A DNA stretch of 63,986 nt, filler included, from Lenisia limosa (lineage: Eukaryota; Protista; Breviatea): the NCBI GenBank assembly GCA_001655205.1. It is 10 parts of 10 records of this genome, joined end to end, with 100 filler letters (N's around TTAATTAATTAA, not from the genome) between each part and the next. Parts side by side here need not be neighbours in the genome. Positions count along the whole stretch, not along the records: positions 40,179 to 41,868 come from LPNZ01010096.1; positions 41,969 to 43,491 come from LPNZ01002716.1; positions 43,592 to 58,198 come from LPNZ01006491.1; 7 more parts are not named here. One strand, given 5' to 3'. A program made the position numbers and the translations under genes. The notes below the pieces were generated by a model, which searched no databases, was not told where the DNA came from, and saw only the letters and a program-made list of their open reading frames with translations. Shown here piece by piece: positions 40,366 through 50,870 of this stretch (position 1 is its first letter; the number at the start of each line of letters is the position of its first letter).

Positions 40366-41826
40366 CAAGGAGGAGTCCACAGAACAGAAGAAGAAGTTGG
40401 ATGAAGAAAAGGCGGCCAAGGCTGAGTTGTTAAAACGCAAGATGACCGAAGCACGCAGGCAGAAGGAAATCGAAGAAAAGAAGAGAGAGGAGAAGAGGAA
40501 GGCTGAAGAAGAAAGGATGAAGGAGGAGGAAAAGAAGAAGGAGCAAGAAGAGGAACAGAGAAAAGAGGAGGAGAAGAAGGAGAATGAAGAAGCTCAGCGT
40601 TTGGCTAGCGAAAAGAAGAAAGAAGAAGATGCCAAGTGGAAGGAGTCCGCGGAGGAAGAGGCCGCTCGCATGCGGTTGTTAGAGGAGAAGAGGAAAGAGG
40701 TAATGGAGTCTAAACGCCGTGCTATGTTGAAGAGGAAGACCGAGATTACGCAAAAGCAGGCTGAACAAGATAAGAAGAAGGCGGAGGAGAAGGAAAAGAA
40801 GGAGGAAGAGAAGAAGAAGAAGACTGAGGAGGAAGAGAAGGAAAAGGAGAAGAAGGAGAGTTTGAAGAGGGCTGCGGAGCCAAGTGAGCAGCCGAGAAAG
40901 CGCAGACTCAATGTTAACGTGGTTAGCAGGCGGGTGTCTGAGTCGGGGCTCTATTCTCATCAAACTGGCGTGTGTTTTTTATTTTTCAAGCAATAGAGTT
41001 TATTCTGGTTTTTATTTTCACATTACAACGTTCTAAAAATTGAGACCAGCATTTTGCAGATAATGAGAGATGCTGGGTGGTTGATGGATTCACTCGTGTT
41101 TATGGTCACACCTCCAGATCACTCAGTTACAAAAGGAGACTGCAGGCATGGCTGAAGAGGTTAAGAAAGTGGGTCTGGTTGGACATCACATATTGTCCTT
41201 CAACCATGTAACGTTCTCTGTCATTTCCCGCCTAACTTACTAGGCAAACAAGGAGCGCAAGCGTGTGAGAGAGGAGCACATTGGCAGCGAAGAGGCGGGG
41301 CAAGAGGCCGAGGANNNNNNNNNNNNNNNNNNNNNNNNNNNNNNNNNNNNNNNNNNNNNNNNNNNNNNNNNNNNNNNNNNNNNNNNNNNNNNNNNNNNNN
41401 NNNNNNNNNNNNNNNNNNNNNNNNNNNNNNNNNNNNNNNNNNNNNNNNNNNNNNNNNNNNNNNNNNNNNNNNNNNNNNNNNNNNNNNNNNNNNNNNNNNN
41501 NNNNNNNNNNNNNNNNNNNNNNNNTCAGTTTTCCAATTTTACCCTAACCACACAGCTCCGCCACCTGCTGAGGAGGTAACCCGGTTTCTTTCCGTCTCCG
41601 GATGGGTCCGTCCATTCAGCATCAAAACCGCAGAGGAGATGCTTGCTCCTGAGGGTGGGGGGGTCAACTGCTAACTGCTCTCATTTTAATAAGAGCTGTT
41701 TCGGGCCTTTTTTATATATATATATAAATTTTCCATTTTACTCCCCCCCTTCTTGTTTTCATATTTCCAGAGGGCACAGTTGAGAAGATCACGTTCACAA
41801 CAATGCGTAAGGAGTGCTATGTGGAG
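40179..41826 (+). CDS. K/E-rich protein with an Acinus (ACIN1)-like RRM; partial
   Basis: Long Lys/Glu-rich exon (40179-~40965), then TRFLSVSGWVRPFSIKTAEEMLAPEGTVEKITFTTMRKECYVE, resembling the Acinus RRM pattern (I.nLVRPFT..lkelL..tG.v). Confidence 0.6.
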
Positions 41827-41868
41827 GTGGGGTGATGGTTGTCAACAGGTACACAATATTTGGGCATA

Positions 41869-41968
41869 NNNNNNNNNNNNNNNNNNNNNNNNNNNNNNNN
41901 NNNNNNNNNNNNTTAATTAATTAANNNNNNNNNNNNNNNNNNNNNNNNNNNNNNNNNNNNNNNNNNNN
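41869..41968. other. Artificial scaffold-joining spacer
   Basis: N44-TTAATTAATTAA-N44 (41913-41924). Confidence 0.97.
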
Positions 41969-42130
41969 AATACCGATTGTTACCCCTACCCTCCAAATTT
42001 GACTATGTAGGTTCCCTGTTATGCTCAGAATGATAACGATCTTCTCACTGACCTCGGACAGCAGTCCGTTTTGTGTAGGCTCTACGGTTCCTTTTTGGGC
42101 TTCACAACAAAGAATATTACATTTCACTTC

Positions 42131-42210
42131 GGCTTCACTTCGGTTCCAAGATAAATCATCGATATATTTTGATTGTTTACCAATATTTGTTCGCACCGAA
42201 GTGAAGCCCG
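42131..42210. mobile_element. R1 MITE copy
   Basis: ggcttcacttcggttcc..atcgat..cgcaccgaagtgaagccc. Confidence 0.75.
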
Positions 42211-42389
42211 TGTATGTCTTGTAATTTAAATCAACATTTCTTTTCGTTTTTTTTAGCTGTTTTGTTTTTCTTTTTTTATTCTATTTTACTTTTCACCTGA
42301 TTGCATAAAATCAGGTCAGGGAAGGGAAATGTATTTGAGTAGCAGAACTGTTAGTGGGTGGTAGCGATGTTTGTCTGGAAGCAACCAAC

Positions 42390-43491
42390 TGACCTTCCAC
42401 AGTGACAACAAGACCGCCAACAGAGAAGGCATTCTTGATCTTACAGATGAAATATAACTTAGGCAGTTTCTGCTAATAGTAAGTCATAAAACTAAAAGAC
42501 AGGCAGTTATTTCCTATTTTTCTTGAGAGCGCGTTGTTGTAATACCCAAGCCGGGTATTAATAGGTACACGCCAATTAAGAAATGAGAAACATTAATCGG
42601 TCCTCTTAATCCCCTATATTTTAAGTCCATGTGCGACATTGGCATGAGTGGCTTTGAGGTCAGCATTATCTCCGGCGTGGGTGGATCCCTTGCTATTCGC
42701 CGATCAATAAGACAATAAATAGTCAATGACAGACCTGAGCTAATATATCGGTGTGCATCTTGAGGAATCGAGGGTGCCTCTGGGATTTGCCAGTTGGGTA
42801 TCCAACCCGCCGAAAAAATTGGGGGCATTTTTCTTCTTTATCTTTTTACAATGTATATGTCGGGGCGGTGTTACCATAATGTAGCGTTGAAATATTATTC
42901 ATTACGTTTCCAATGTTGTAGATAAATATGGCACTTACCAAACATCAAACCTCAGAATTTGTTTTACAAAAACCAAAAATATTTGCAAGTGCTTCAGGAG
43001 GTCAATAATGTACATCAAGACTATTATTCTATGATATTTGAGACCTTTTAAGAGTATAAACCTGTGGACCACCAAGACCTCAAAAGTTGTGGCAAATCGT
43101 TGTTTTCGAATCTTTTCTTGCTTAAGGTCCTCCAATTTTGCAACAACCTCATCCTCCTTGATTGTAACAATCTGCTCACCAGGTGCCATTGGTACAACTG
43201 CGATTTGCGGTACTCCTTCGGTGATGGGTCCAACGTCAAGCACCTTCGTCACATTTCACAGAATGTCTTTGTCAACTGTTAAGAGGTTTCAGGGGAATCT
43301 GAGGCAGTGAGAATCGACAGTTGTCACCTTTGGTTTGAACTCAGGGAAAGGTTCACGGGTAGATGGTCTCATAAAGGCGGTTCCAGAGAGAACATTCAAG
43401 TTGATCTCTGAAAACAAAGCAGGAAGGTATTTTTGATTGTGGTATGCCTCACAAGCTCTTCTCAGAAGCTGGTTCCGCTCGAGGGGGTTCA
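42390..43491 (-). CDS. Unassigned gene fragment
   Basis: Protein-like frame NPLERNQLLRRACEAYHNQKYLPALFSEINLNVLSG..PEFKPK / VLDVGPITEGVPQIAVVPMAPGEQIVTIKEDEVVAKLEDLKQEKIRKQRF; exon structure ambiguous. Confidence 0.35.
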
Positions 43492-43591
43492 NNNNNNNNN
43501 NNNNNNNNNNNNNNNNNNNNNNNNNNNNNNNNNNNTTAATTAATTAANNNNNNNNNNNNNNNNNNNNNNNNNNNNNNNNNNNNNNNNNNNN
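43492..43591. other. Artificial scaffold-joining spacer
   Basis: N44-TTAATTAATTAA-N44 (43536-43547). Confidence 0.97.
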
Positions 43592-43608
43592 CCCCCCCCC
43601 CCCGCACC

Positions 43609-45538
43609 TGTTCAGCAACATTACGCGTTACAGCGCTTTCAGTGTATGAGAGCATTTCCTTGTAGGCTGCTAGCATTTCTGGACTAAAACAAGATCAACC
43701 TGGTTTCACACCATCACGTTTCTACGCAATATTGGCCATCATGTTTATAAGCATTGGATTATAGTTTTATTTCTGAACCAAAGCAAGATCATATGACTTC
43801 GTGAAAATTGAGAACATAATTTCATTATATTTGACGGAACATATTGTAACGACAAGCCCATTTCTGACGTTTTGGTTTCTATTTTGCTAATTAATTTCCT
43901 CAAAAACAATTGCACGGAGGAGGGAAATCGCCCATACTCGGTCGATTTATTTGCTATGATATTGAGCTGCAGAAGAGCTGTCAGAAATGGCCATAACGTC
44001 ACATTTACACGCGATATTGATAACATTTGACCGAAGCCTCCACACCATTTCACTTATAAAAGATATTGGAAAATAGTATCACAGTTAAAAGCATCGACTT
44101 GGGATCCCTTTGTAGTACTTGTGAATCCCAAAAACTTCTTGAGAATCGAATGGAATTCCCATATTAATTATGGAAATCCTATTTACTCATAACAATCCCA
44201 AATCAATCAGAATTTTAACAATCATGATTTTACCCAATTTAAAGTGTGACATAAAACAAAACCAATACTTAGACTTCAAAGCTACTTCACAGAAATTTTA
44301 TTTGCGGATTCATATAATGTCGCAATTTTGAACGTTTAAAAGCCACTGCGAAAAGCAATCTCACAATACAAATCTTGACCATTATCAAATCTTCTCTGTG
44401 TTTCATTAAAACCACGCTTACATGTTGTTTTTCTGGAGGTGAAGCAGCACAATATACTTCAATGCATTGAATCCCCTAAATGGTAACTAAGGCTTCCAAA
44501 CGGTCAGAAAACTACCGTTTAAATATCGATATTGATCTAGGACTGATCGAGAAATTCAGTCTTGTTTCGACCGAGGTGATGGTAACAGAATATATCATAT
44601 ATCGATAGAGAGATGAGACATGAAATGCGAGATATTGGATTATAGTATAATCCTAATTCACTCAATCGATTGCCCTACAACTGTGTGCACACAGCTTTCA
44701 GCGTGCCTCCCCAGCATACAGAATTATGGTTTATGGTTTATGGTTTATTGCAACTAGGGCTTCACCTCAATCCAAAAAAAAACTGTACACAACCGTAAAA
44801 GAGCGTTTATGCAAAAACACGATTTTTTTTCTCAGAACCCTATTTAAAAAGAAGAACTGTATGTAAAAGTAAATACGGAAACAGATAATCCTACGTGCTT
44901 GCATAGACGCTCCATTAGAGATATAGGATTATCATATTAATTCACCCGTTCAATTCTGTTACAACCCCGCACCTCTATTAATCCCCCATAAATGAATAAA
45001 CTGAATAAATGAAGAAATAAATGAAGAAAAAATAAATGAAAAAATAAATGAAAAAATAAATGAAAAAATAAATGAAGAAATGAATCAATGAATAAATGAA
45101 CAAAGACTCCATTGTTGTTTAATATGAAACATGAAGAAGAGACTCAATTCTCTTTTAATCATATACTGACAATATATATAACCTCAAGATCCCCTTCCTT
45201 ACCATTCGCCTTTCTCAGCCTCAAGGGGGATCACTTTCTGGAAGGACTCGATGGCATCGTCGGAATTAGTGTCGAACAGGCCTAAGGAGCGGTGAGAAGG
45301 CCACAGAAAAGCCGTTCCCCACTTTTCGAAAGGTAAAACTGGTTCTCAACGTCGACATCTGGCTCGTCATCTTCGTCATCACTGTAGTCTGCAACGGGTT
45401 AGCAAGTCCATACCGATATATCGTTCTAAACCGGGCCCTCACCGAATTCGTAGTCTTCATCTAAGAGAGTTAGTCAGCTATAGTGTTAAAATTCACACTA
45501 AGATGCAGAAACATACCGTCGAAATCACAGTCACTCAT
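43609..45538 (-). CDS. CSN2: COP9 signalosome subunit 2, N-terminal part (truncated by scaffold edge)
   Basis: MSDCDFDDEDYEF-DYSDDEDDEPDVDVENQFYLSKGLFDTNSDDAIESFQKVI.LEAEKGEWGFNALKYIVLLHLQKNNIPEMLAAYKEMLSYTESAVTRNVAEQ matches the CSN2 N-terminus (ENQYYNSK..FQKV..E..KGEWGFKALKQ..SAVTRNYSEK). Confidence 0.9.
44625..44730 (+). repeat. Repeat family R2, 3' half (further partial copies at ~43710-43770, ~44025-44080, ~13575-13620, ~37115-37143 and ~46325-46400 reverse)
   Basis: gagatattggattatagtataatcctaattcactcaatcgattgccctacaactgtgtgcacacagctttcagcgtgcctccccagcat. Confidence 0.8.
44990..45100. repeat. AT-rich minisatellite (aaataaatgaa)n in a CSN2 intron
   Basis: About ten imperfect copies of taaatgaa(a/g)aaa. 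Confidence 0.85.
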
Positions 45539-45977
45539 CTTGTTTAATCTGTGAAACGAAAATTATTACAAAAAGCTGGGAAAAGAGCCAAATTACATAA
45601 GATGTATTATTTTATACTTGTTTACGCACAATATAAGCAGTTACACAGTCACACAGCAAATATCCGCCCAATGGTGTTTTAAAAATTATGACGTCATGAC
45701 GTCACCTTCCCTTTTCTTCGCGTTTTCTCCTTCTTGTCCCTTTTTCCATCTCCGTTTGCTCCCTTTGATAAACTACAACTCATTAACAATTATTTTAACA
45801 ACGTACTCATCCATCACGCACATACAGCAACGAATAGCGTTGAAACAGTAACCCATTCTGTACCCGATCACAGCGTCAAGCTTCCTTCCTCCCGCAAAGC
45901 CCATCAGGTTCCTTTCAGTTAGCCTTGATTTTAACTGTCCGAATCACTGAAGCAGTCTAAGTCTTCGAGCTTCAGTG

Positions 45978-48900
45978 ATGGAGTATCTCAATGATATTCT
46001 CGTAAGCAGTTTGATCTGTTATAACCGTTGTGTATTTTAATAACCTGTTTAATCGTTTAACATTGGATTATTTGCTCTTTTTTGCCATTCCAAACGCTTT
46101 AATTTCCAATTTTGTCAATTTATATTATGGCACAACAACATCTGGTTTTTCGGGTCCTTTCCAAAACTATCCAAATGCGTTTTGTTTTTGAATTATTTTG
46201 ACCAATGACAGGAGGACAATCCAGATGCGGCCGCTGAGATTTACGCCAAAAAAGCACGAAGAATGCAGGAGGTGGGAAGGGAGGGGATGTGAACAGCAAG
46301 ATGGGGGGATAACGGATGTGGAACTGATTTTATTTTTATCCAATATCTTTATAAACATGATGTCAAGGACGGCTTCAGCCGGATAATTTCTTGTTGTATT
46401 TCGCCTTTACATACCATAGGATTGTGTTGCTTGCCAACAGAGTTGATTTTGGGTGTTTCATAAATTGTTCATACTCACGATGCGGTGCTCAAAAACGACT
46501 GGCCTGAGCTTTGTTTGTTTTGTTGTTCTCAACCCTCGTGTGTTGTCAGCCAACAGAGTTGATTTTGGNNNNNNNNNNNNNNNNNNNNNNNNNNNNNNNN
46601 NNNNNNNNNNNNNNNNNNNNNNNNNNNNNNNNNNNNNNNNNNNNNNNNNNNNNNNNNNNNNNNNNNNNNNNNNNNNNNNNNNNNNNNNNNNNNNNNNNNN
46701 NNNNNNNNNNNNNNNNNNNNNNNNNNNNNNNNNNNNNNNTAATTATTATACTGCATAATATATAATATATGTATACATGTACTACATATGATATACTACA
46801 TGTACATATATTATATTGCATATATTTTACTATATGCATATTGATAGATACATGATATACAGAGAGTACACTCTATAGTATATATGATATGTATGTATAT
46901 ATATAGTACATATCGATATATATATATCATATATATATAATATATGTAGCTATGCTATAATATATTTTTAGATGCTATATTGTACACACACACAGCCCCN
47001 NNNNNNNNNNNNNNNNNNNNNNNNNNNNNNNNNNNNNNNNNNNNNNNNNNNNNNNNNNNNNNNNNNNNNNNNNNNNNNNNNNNNNNNNNNNNNNNNNNNN
47101 NNNNNNNNNNNNNNNNNNNNNNNNNNNNNNNNNNNNNNNNNNNNNNNNNNNNNNNNNNGAGTTCAAGAATAAGGTCAATCCTCTGCATCATATTATGCCT
47201 GGTTGGCTGGGCGTATTTAGGGCTGACAGCCAAAAAAAAAAACCTAGGTTAAATCTCAATATTCGTCTCGATTTGGAAGGGTATATTGATTGGGTGTGGA
47301 TAATATCATATCACTTTTTGGATCATTTTCACAAGTGTGAACTATTATTTTCCACGATACCTCATATCTACTCGTATGATAAACTGACAAGTCTCAATGC
47401 ACTCAGGATACACCCTCGTGCTATCTCCATTCATCATCGGTCATATGATCATATCACTAGTGGATATAGGTTAACATATTATTCCTGGAGGGGTGATATT
47501 GTATATCTGCTTTCTAGAAAGGAATAGATTAACTTTATGAATAGAGATAACTCACCGAATGACGTGATGTTTAAACATTCAGTCAATATGGTCAGATCCC
47601 TATCTACGACATTTAGAACTTCCCTACGATCCGAAAAAACCGGTAAAATATCGCTGTTTATCGAGTAACATCGAGATAATCAGTCTTTCTTCGGAAATCC
47701 TAACGATAATGACTTCCATTTAGGGCTTCACTTTGGTTCGAAAAAAGACTGATTTTCTCGATAAATACTCGATAAATACGATATTTTAATGGTCATTTAG
47801 CGAAGCCCTTCTTCCATTCTTTACTCTATTTAGATCCAGACCTAGGGGAACAACTATCCACAATAGCAAACCAGAGGAAGAGAAAAGTATGACGTGGCTT
47901 TTTTGTTGTCATTTTAATGTCCCCAATCCCCATCCTTTGTCTAGCAGAGTTGATTTTGGGCTTTTGTTATTTCTCAAATTTTCCAATTATGGGCTTTGTT
48001 TGCTTTGTTGTTTTCAATGTTGTCAGCCAACTGAGTTGAGTTTGGGCTTGTTTTTAATGAATTTTTAGGCCGATGCAGAGATGGTAGAAGCGCTCACGAG
48101 ACGAAGGGACCTTCATGTCAAAAAGACCAAGGTTCTAGCTGAAAGGTGGGGAACAATTTGTTCTTGCCTGCTGGGAGGCGGTGGTATCACCAACCCCATT
48201 TCCACCATTCTCACCAACCCCATTTCATTACCACTATTATCATCATCGCCACCACTATCATCATCATATCACTCTTCACACTGCTATCATCATCATCATC
48301 ATCATCGCCACCACTCTCTTCACATTGAAGGGAAGAAGAGATCGTATCCGACCTGAAAAGAATCAAGGAGAAACTGGAGGACCCTTCAAGCTCACATTCG
48401 GAAACGTATTGATTTTTCGTTTTTGTCTCCCCACTTTCTTCAAGAACCCCCCCCCCCTTCTCATCCTTCCAGACAATCCGACCTTCAATTAGAGCGGCAG
48501 ATAAAAGAACTCCAGGCTCGAACGAGCGAAATGATGCGTGTCTTGTCGTATCTGGTTGAAGCGTTTTTCCCTCCCCCTCCCCTACGATCCAAAGAGGTTT
48601 GGGTCCTCACCATACTAGGCTACTATTTATTATTTCTCATCATATACGCTATTTTGGCTAGGTAGAATTTAACATTTAAAGACTAAATCATACTGTCGAC
48701 TCGAAAAGCGGTCAATACTCTAATCACTAGAGGTTATTTTAACATCTCGATCACTTGAGGATACATGATAACACTTCAGCGTAAAAGGAAAACGCCTCTT
48801 CCTTCTATGGACGAACCAGCCCAAGTCGGAAAATACTCCCCCTTGACTGTTGTGCTGAAGGTTGGGGGTGACTGTTGTTTTTTTAGAGGGGATTGGTGAG

Positions 48901-49582
48901 AAAATGGGGGATATGATCTGTTTTGTTGCAGATTTTGGTAAATTTTCCATATATAGTGTTTCATATAGTATATTTGTTTCCTTCACTACAACATCCCACT
49001 TTTTTTTTTTCCTTCCTTGCTTACCTCCCACCCTCTGCTTCCCCTTTTTTTACATACTAATTTGTAACCCAACCACCCCCTTTTTTTTTACTTACTAATT
49101 ACCTCAAGGACACGATGACCGCCGCANNNNNNNNNNNNNNNNNNNNNNNNNNNNNNNNNNNNNNNNNNNNNNNNNNNNNNNNNNNNNNNNNNNNNNNNNN
49201 NNNNNNNNNNNNNNNNNNNNNNNNNNNNNTGTTAATCTCCTGCGGCGGGCTGGCATAATCGAGTACAATGGGCAAGGTTGGGAGAGGGGGGGTGAAACGA
49301 AGTAAATATTAGTATAAATACCTCGTAAAAACAATTGCACGAACCGAACAAAACCCTGATCAAACTCTGACAAAACAGGTACGAAGATTCGACTTGTTCC
49401 CTTTCACATTGATGCTCCTCCCCCCGCGTTTTTGGCCAAGTTGTGACACAATCCCTAAATCATGGAACTCGTGTCAGGTGTGTTTGGGTTTTTTTGTAGT
49501 AAAACTACACACTAATAGTATGACTATTTTATCTCTTTTTCGCTATTTTTATCTCTCCTCATATTATAGTAAACTCCGATAA
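45978..49582 (+). CDS. CENP-K-like kinetochore (CCAN) protein
   Basis: Exons MEYLNDIL, EDNPDAAAEIYAKKARRMQE, coiled-coil EMVEALTRRR..QLERQIKELQARTSEMMRVLSYLVEAFFPPPP, RKRKTPLP.., and LLRRAGIIEYNGQGTKIRLVPFH, resembling the CENP-K C-terminal signature (L..FL..HFPLP ... LLLRNGIA..HP....RIRL..FH). The 3' end is uncertain. Confidence 0.6.
46420..46568 (+). repeat. Repeat family R3 copies (CENP-K-like intron)
   Basis: gccaacagagttgattttggg..cgatgcggtgctcaaaaacgactggcctgagctttgtttgttttgttgttctcaaccctcgtgtgttgtcagccaacagagttgattttgg. Confidence 0.85.
47721..47810. mobile_element. hAT-type MITE (R1) with perfect 8-bp TSD; variant copy adjacent at ~47615-47702
   Basis: TAGGGCTTCACTTTGG...GCGAAGCCCTT flanked by CTTCCATT on both sides. 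Confidence 0.88.
47935..48078 (+). repeat. Repeat family R3 tails ending at an acceptor AG
   Basis: gcagagttgattttgggct..aaattttccaatt..gggctttgtttgctttgttgttttcaa..tgtcagccaactgagttgagtttgggct..gatgcAG, then exon EMVEALT. Confidence 0.75.
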
Positions 49583-50057
49583 GGTGATTTACTATTATTC
49601 ACGTGTTTTCATGTAGTCTAAAATAAAAGCTTTTCTTCTTTCATGATCATTTTCTTCTTTCATGATCCTTGACTATTATTGCTAGTATATTTGTGACCAG
49701 TATTGCTATATTTATGATTATTATTGGTTATATCGATGATTAGTATCTCCAATTAGTTTGATATGTGAATACTATCGATGAATTCCCGCCCACATCGCAC
49801 ACTAGTTGAAAATTGCTGAAACCTCTAAAATTGACTATTCACAGCTTTGAATGACACATCGCCGCTTCCACCGTCAGGTGCATGTTTTTTATGTTTGGGA
49901 TAATATATATTAGGATCATTTTCTTCATCAATAGTCACACAACATTACAAATTAGACATAAAAAATACCCGCTTTCATAACATTATTACCCGCTTTCATT
50001 TTAGTTAACAAAAACCACCTTCTCATCATTTTTTTGTGAGACCACGGATCATAATTA

Positions 50058-50175
50058 TGGCTTCATTTTTGAAACAAAAACGAAGACCGAATTTTATCGA
50101 TAAAGCCTCAATAACCAATGATATTTTACCTCAGAAAGAATGATGTTTTTTGGTCTTTTGCGGAGGTGAAGCCCC
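50058..50175. mobile_element. R1 MITE degenerate copy (other degenerate copies at ~6255-6318, ~12255-12334, ~18040-18122, ~44508-44580, ~52015-52090, ~54552-54630, ~57660-57718)
   Basis: ggcttcatttttg..aagaccgaattttatcgataaagcctc..gcggaggtgaagcccc. Confidence 0.65.
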
Positions 50176-50274
50176 AATTATTATACTACTGGAAAAAATT
50201 TAGAAATTGACTCGACAAAGAGCGCAATGAAAGAAAAAAAAAAGAACAAGGTGGAGCCCTCAGGAACCGTGAAA

Positions 50275-50406
50275 TACAACGGCGCATCGACTTGGGACTC
50301 CCTAATATTATTTGAGAATCCCACAAGTCCCCATCAAATTCTGTTGGATTCCCATATAAAATAGGGGAATTCCAACGTTTTCACAAGACCCACGATGCGC
50401 TTTAGT
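50275..50406. mobile_element. Miniature TIR element, family R5, with CACTA-like terminus
   Basis: tacaacggcgcatcgacttggg ... cccacgatgcgctttagtg. Sister copy 56448-56587 begins cactacggcgcatcgacttg and ends atgcgccaaagta; partial copies at ~44090 and ~51115. Confidence 0.6.
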
Positions 50407-50870
50407 GAAGTGATTTTAAAATGTGTGAGCACTACAACTTAACAGGAGTCTTACTTTCATGTTACAAGTACTTTACAATGATAAAAAGTAGTTGCTAACT
50501 TAAGAGTACTACACTACTTTAAAAAAGTTAACTCTGAATTAAAAATTCTCTTTATATATCATAGGTGATAAATGATTGTCTACACGCTGGTTACCAAACC
50601 CAAAAAATTCAAGGAAATAGAATTTTATGGGACACCGTAATATTAGATAGTTGTCAAGAAATATGAAATCGTCTCCATTTCATTCTCAATTTCAATTTGC
50701 CATTATTTCTTCAAAAATAAAATTGTATGGAGTCCATTATTACATTTGGCTCCATTCTATGGGGTAAAGCTGACTTGTTTATTCACTTCTACGTCAAATA
50801 AATAAATAAATAAACATACAACAACATTAATCACTCTCCCTCCTTTTGTCTGAAAAAATATCTTCTTTCT

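Noticed and set aside
40123-40963. Antisense F/S/L-rich ORFs opposite the K/E-rich exon, and ORFs running through N tracts
   Set aside because: Shadow frames of purine-rich coding repeats or artefacts of translating N as X.
45780-46020. Minus-strand frame ITEARRLRLLQ*FGQLKSRL.. resembling the C-terminus of an RTE-type LINE ORF2
   Set aside because: No RT or endonuclease motifs nearby; the region is better explained as the divergent promoter and first exon of the CENP-K-like gene.
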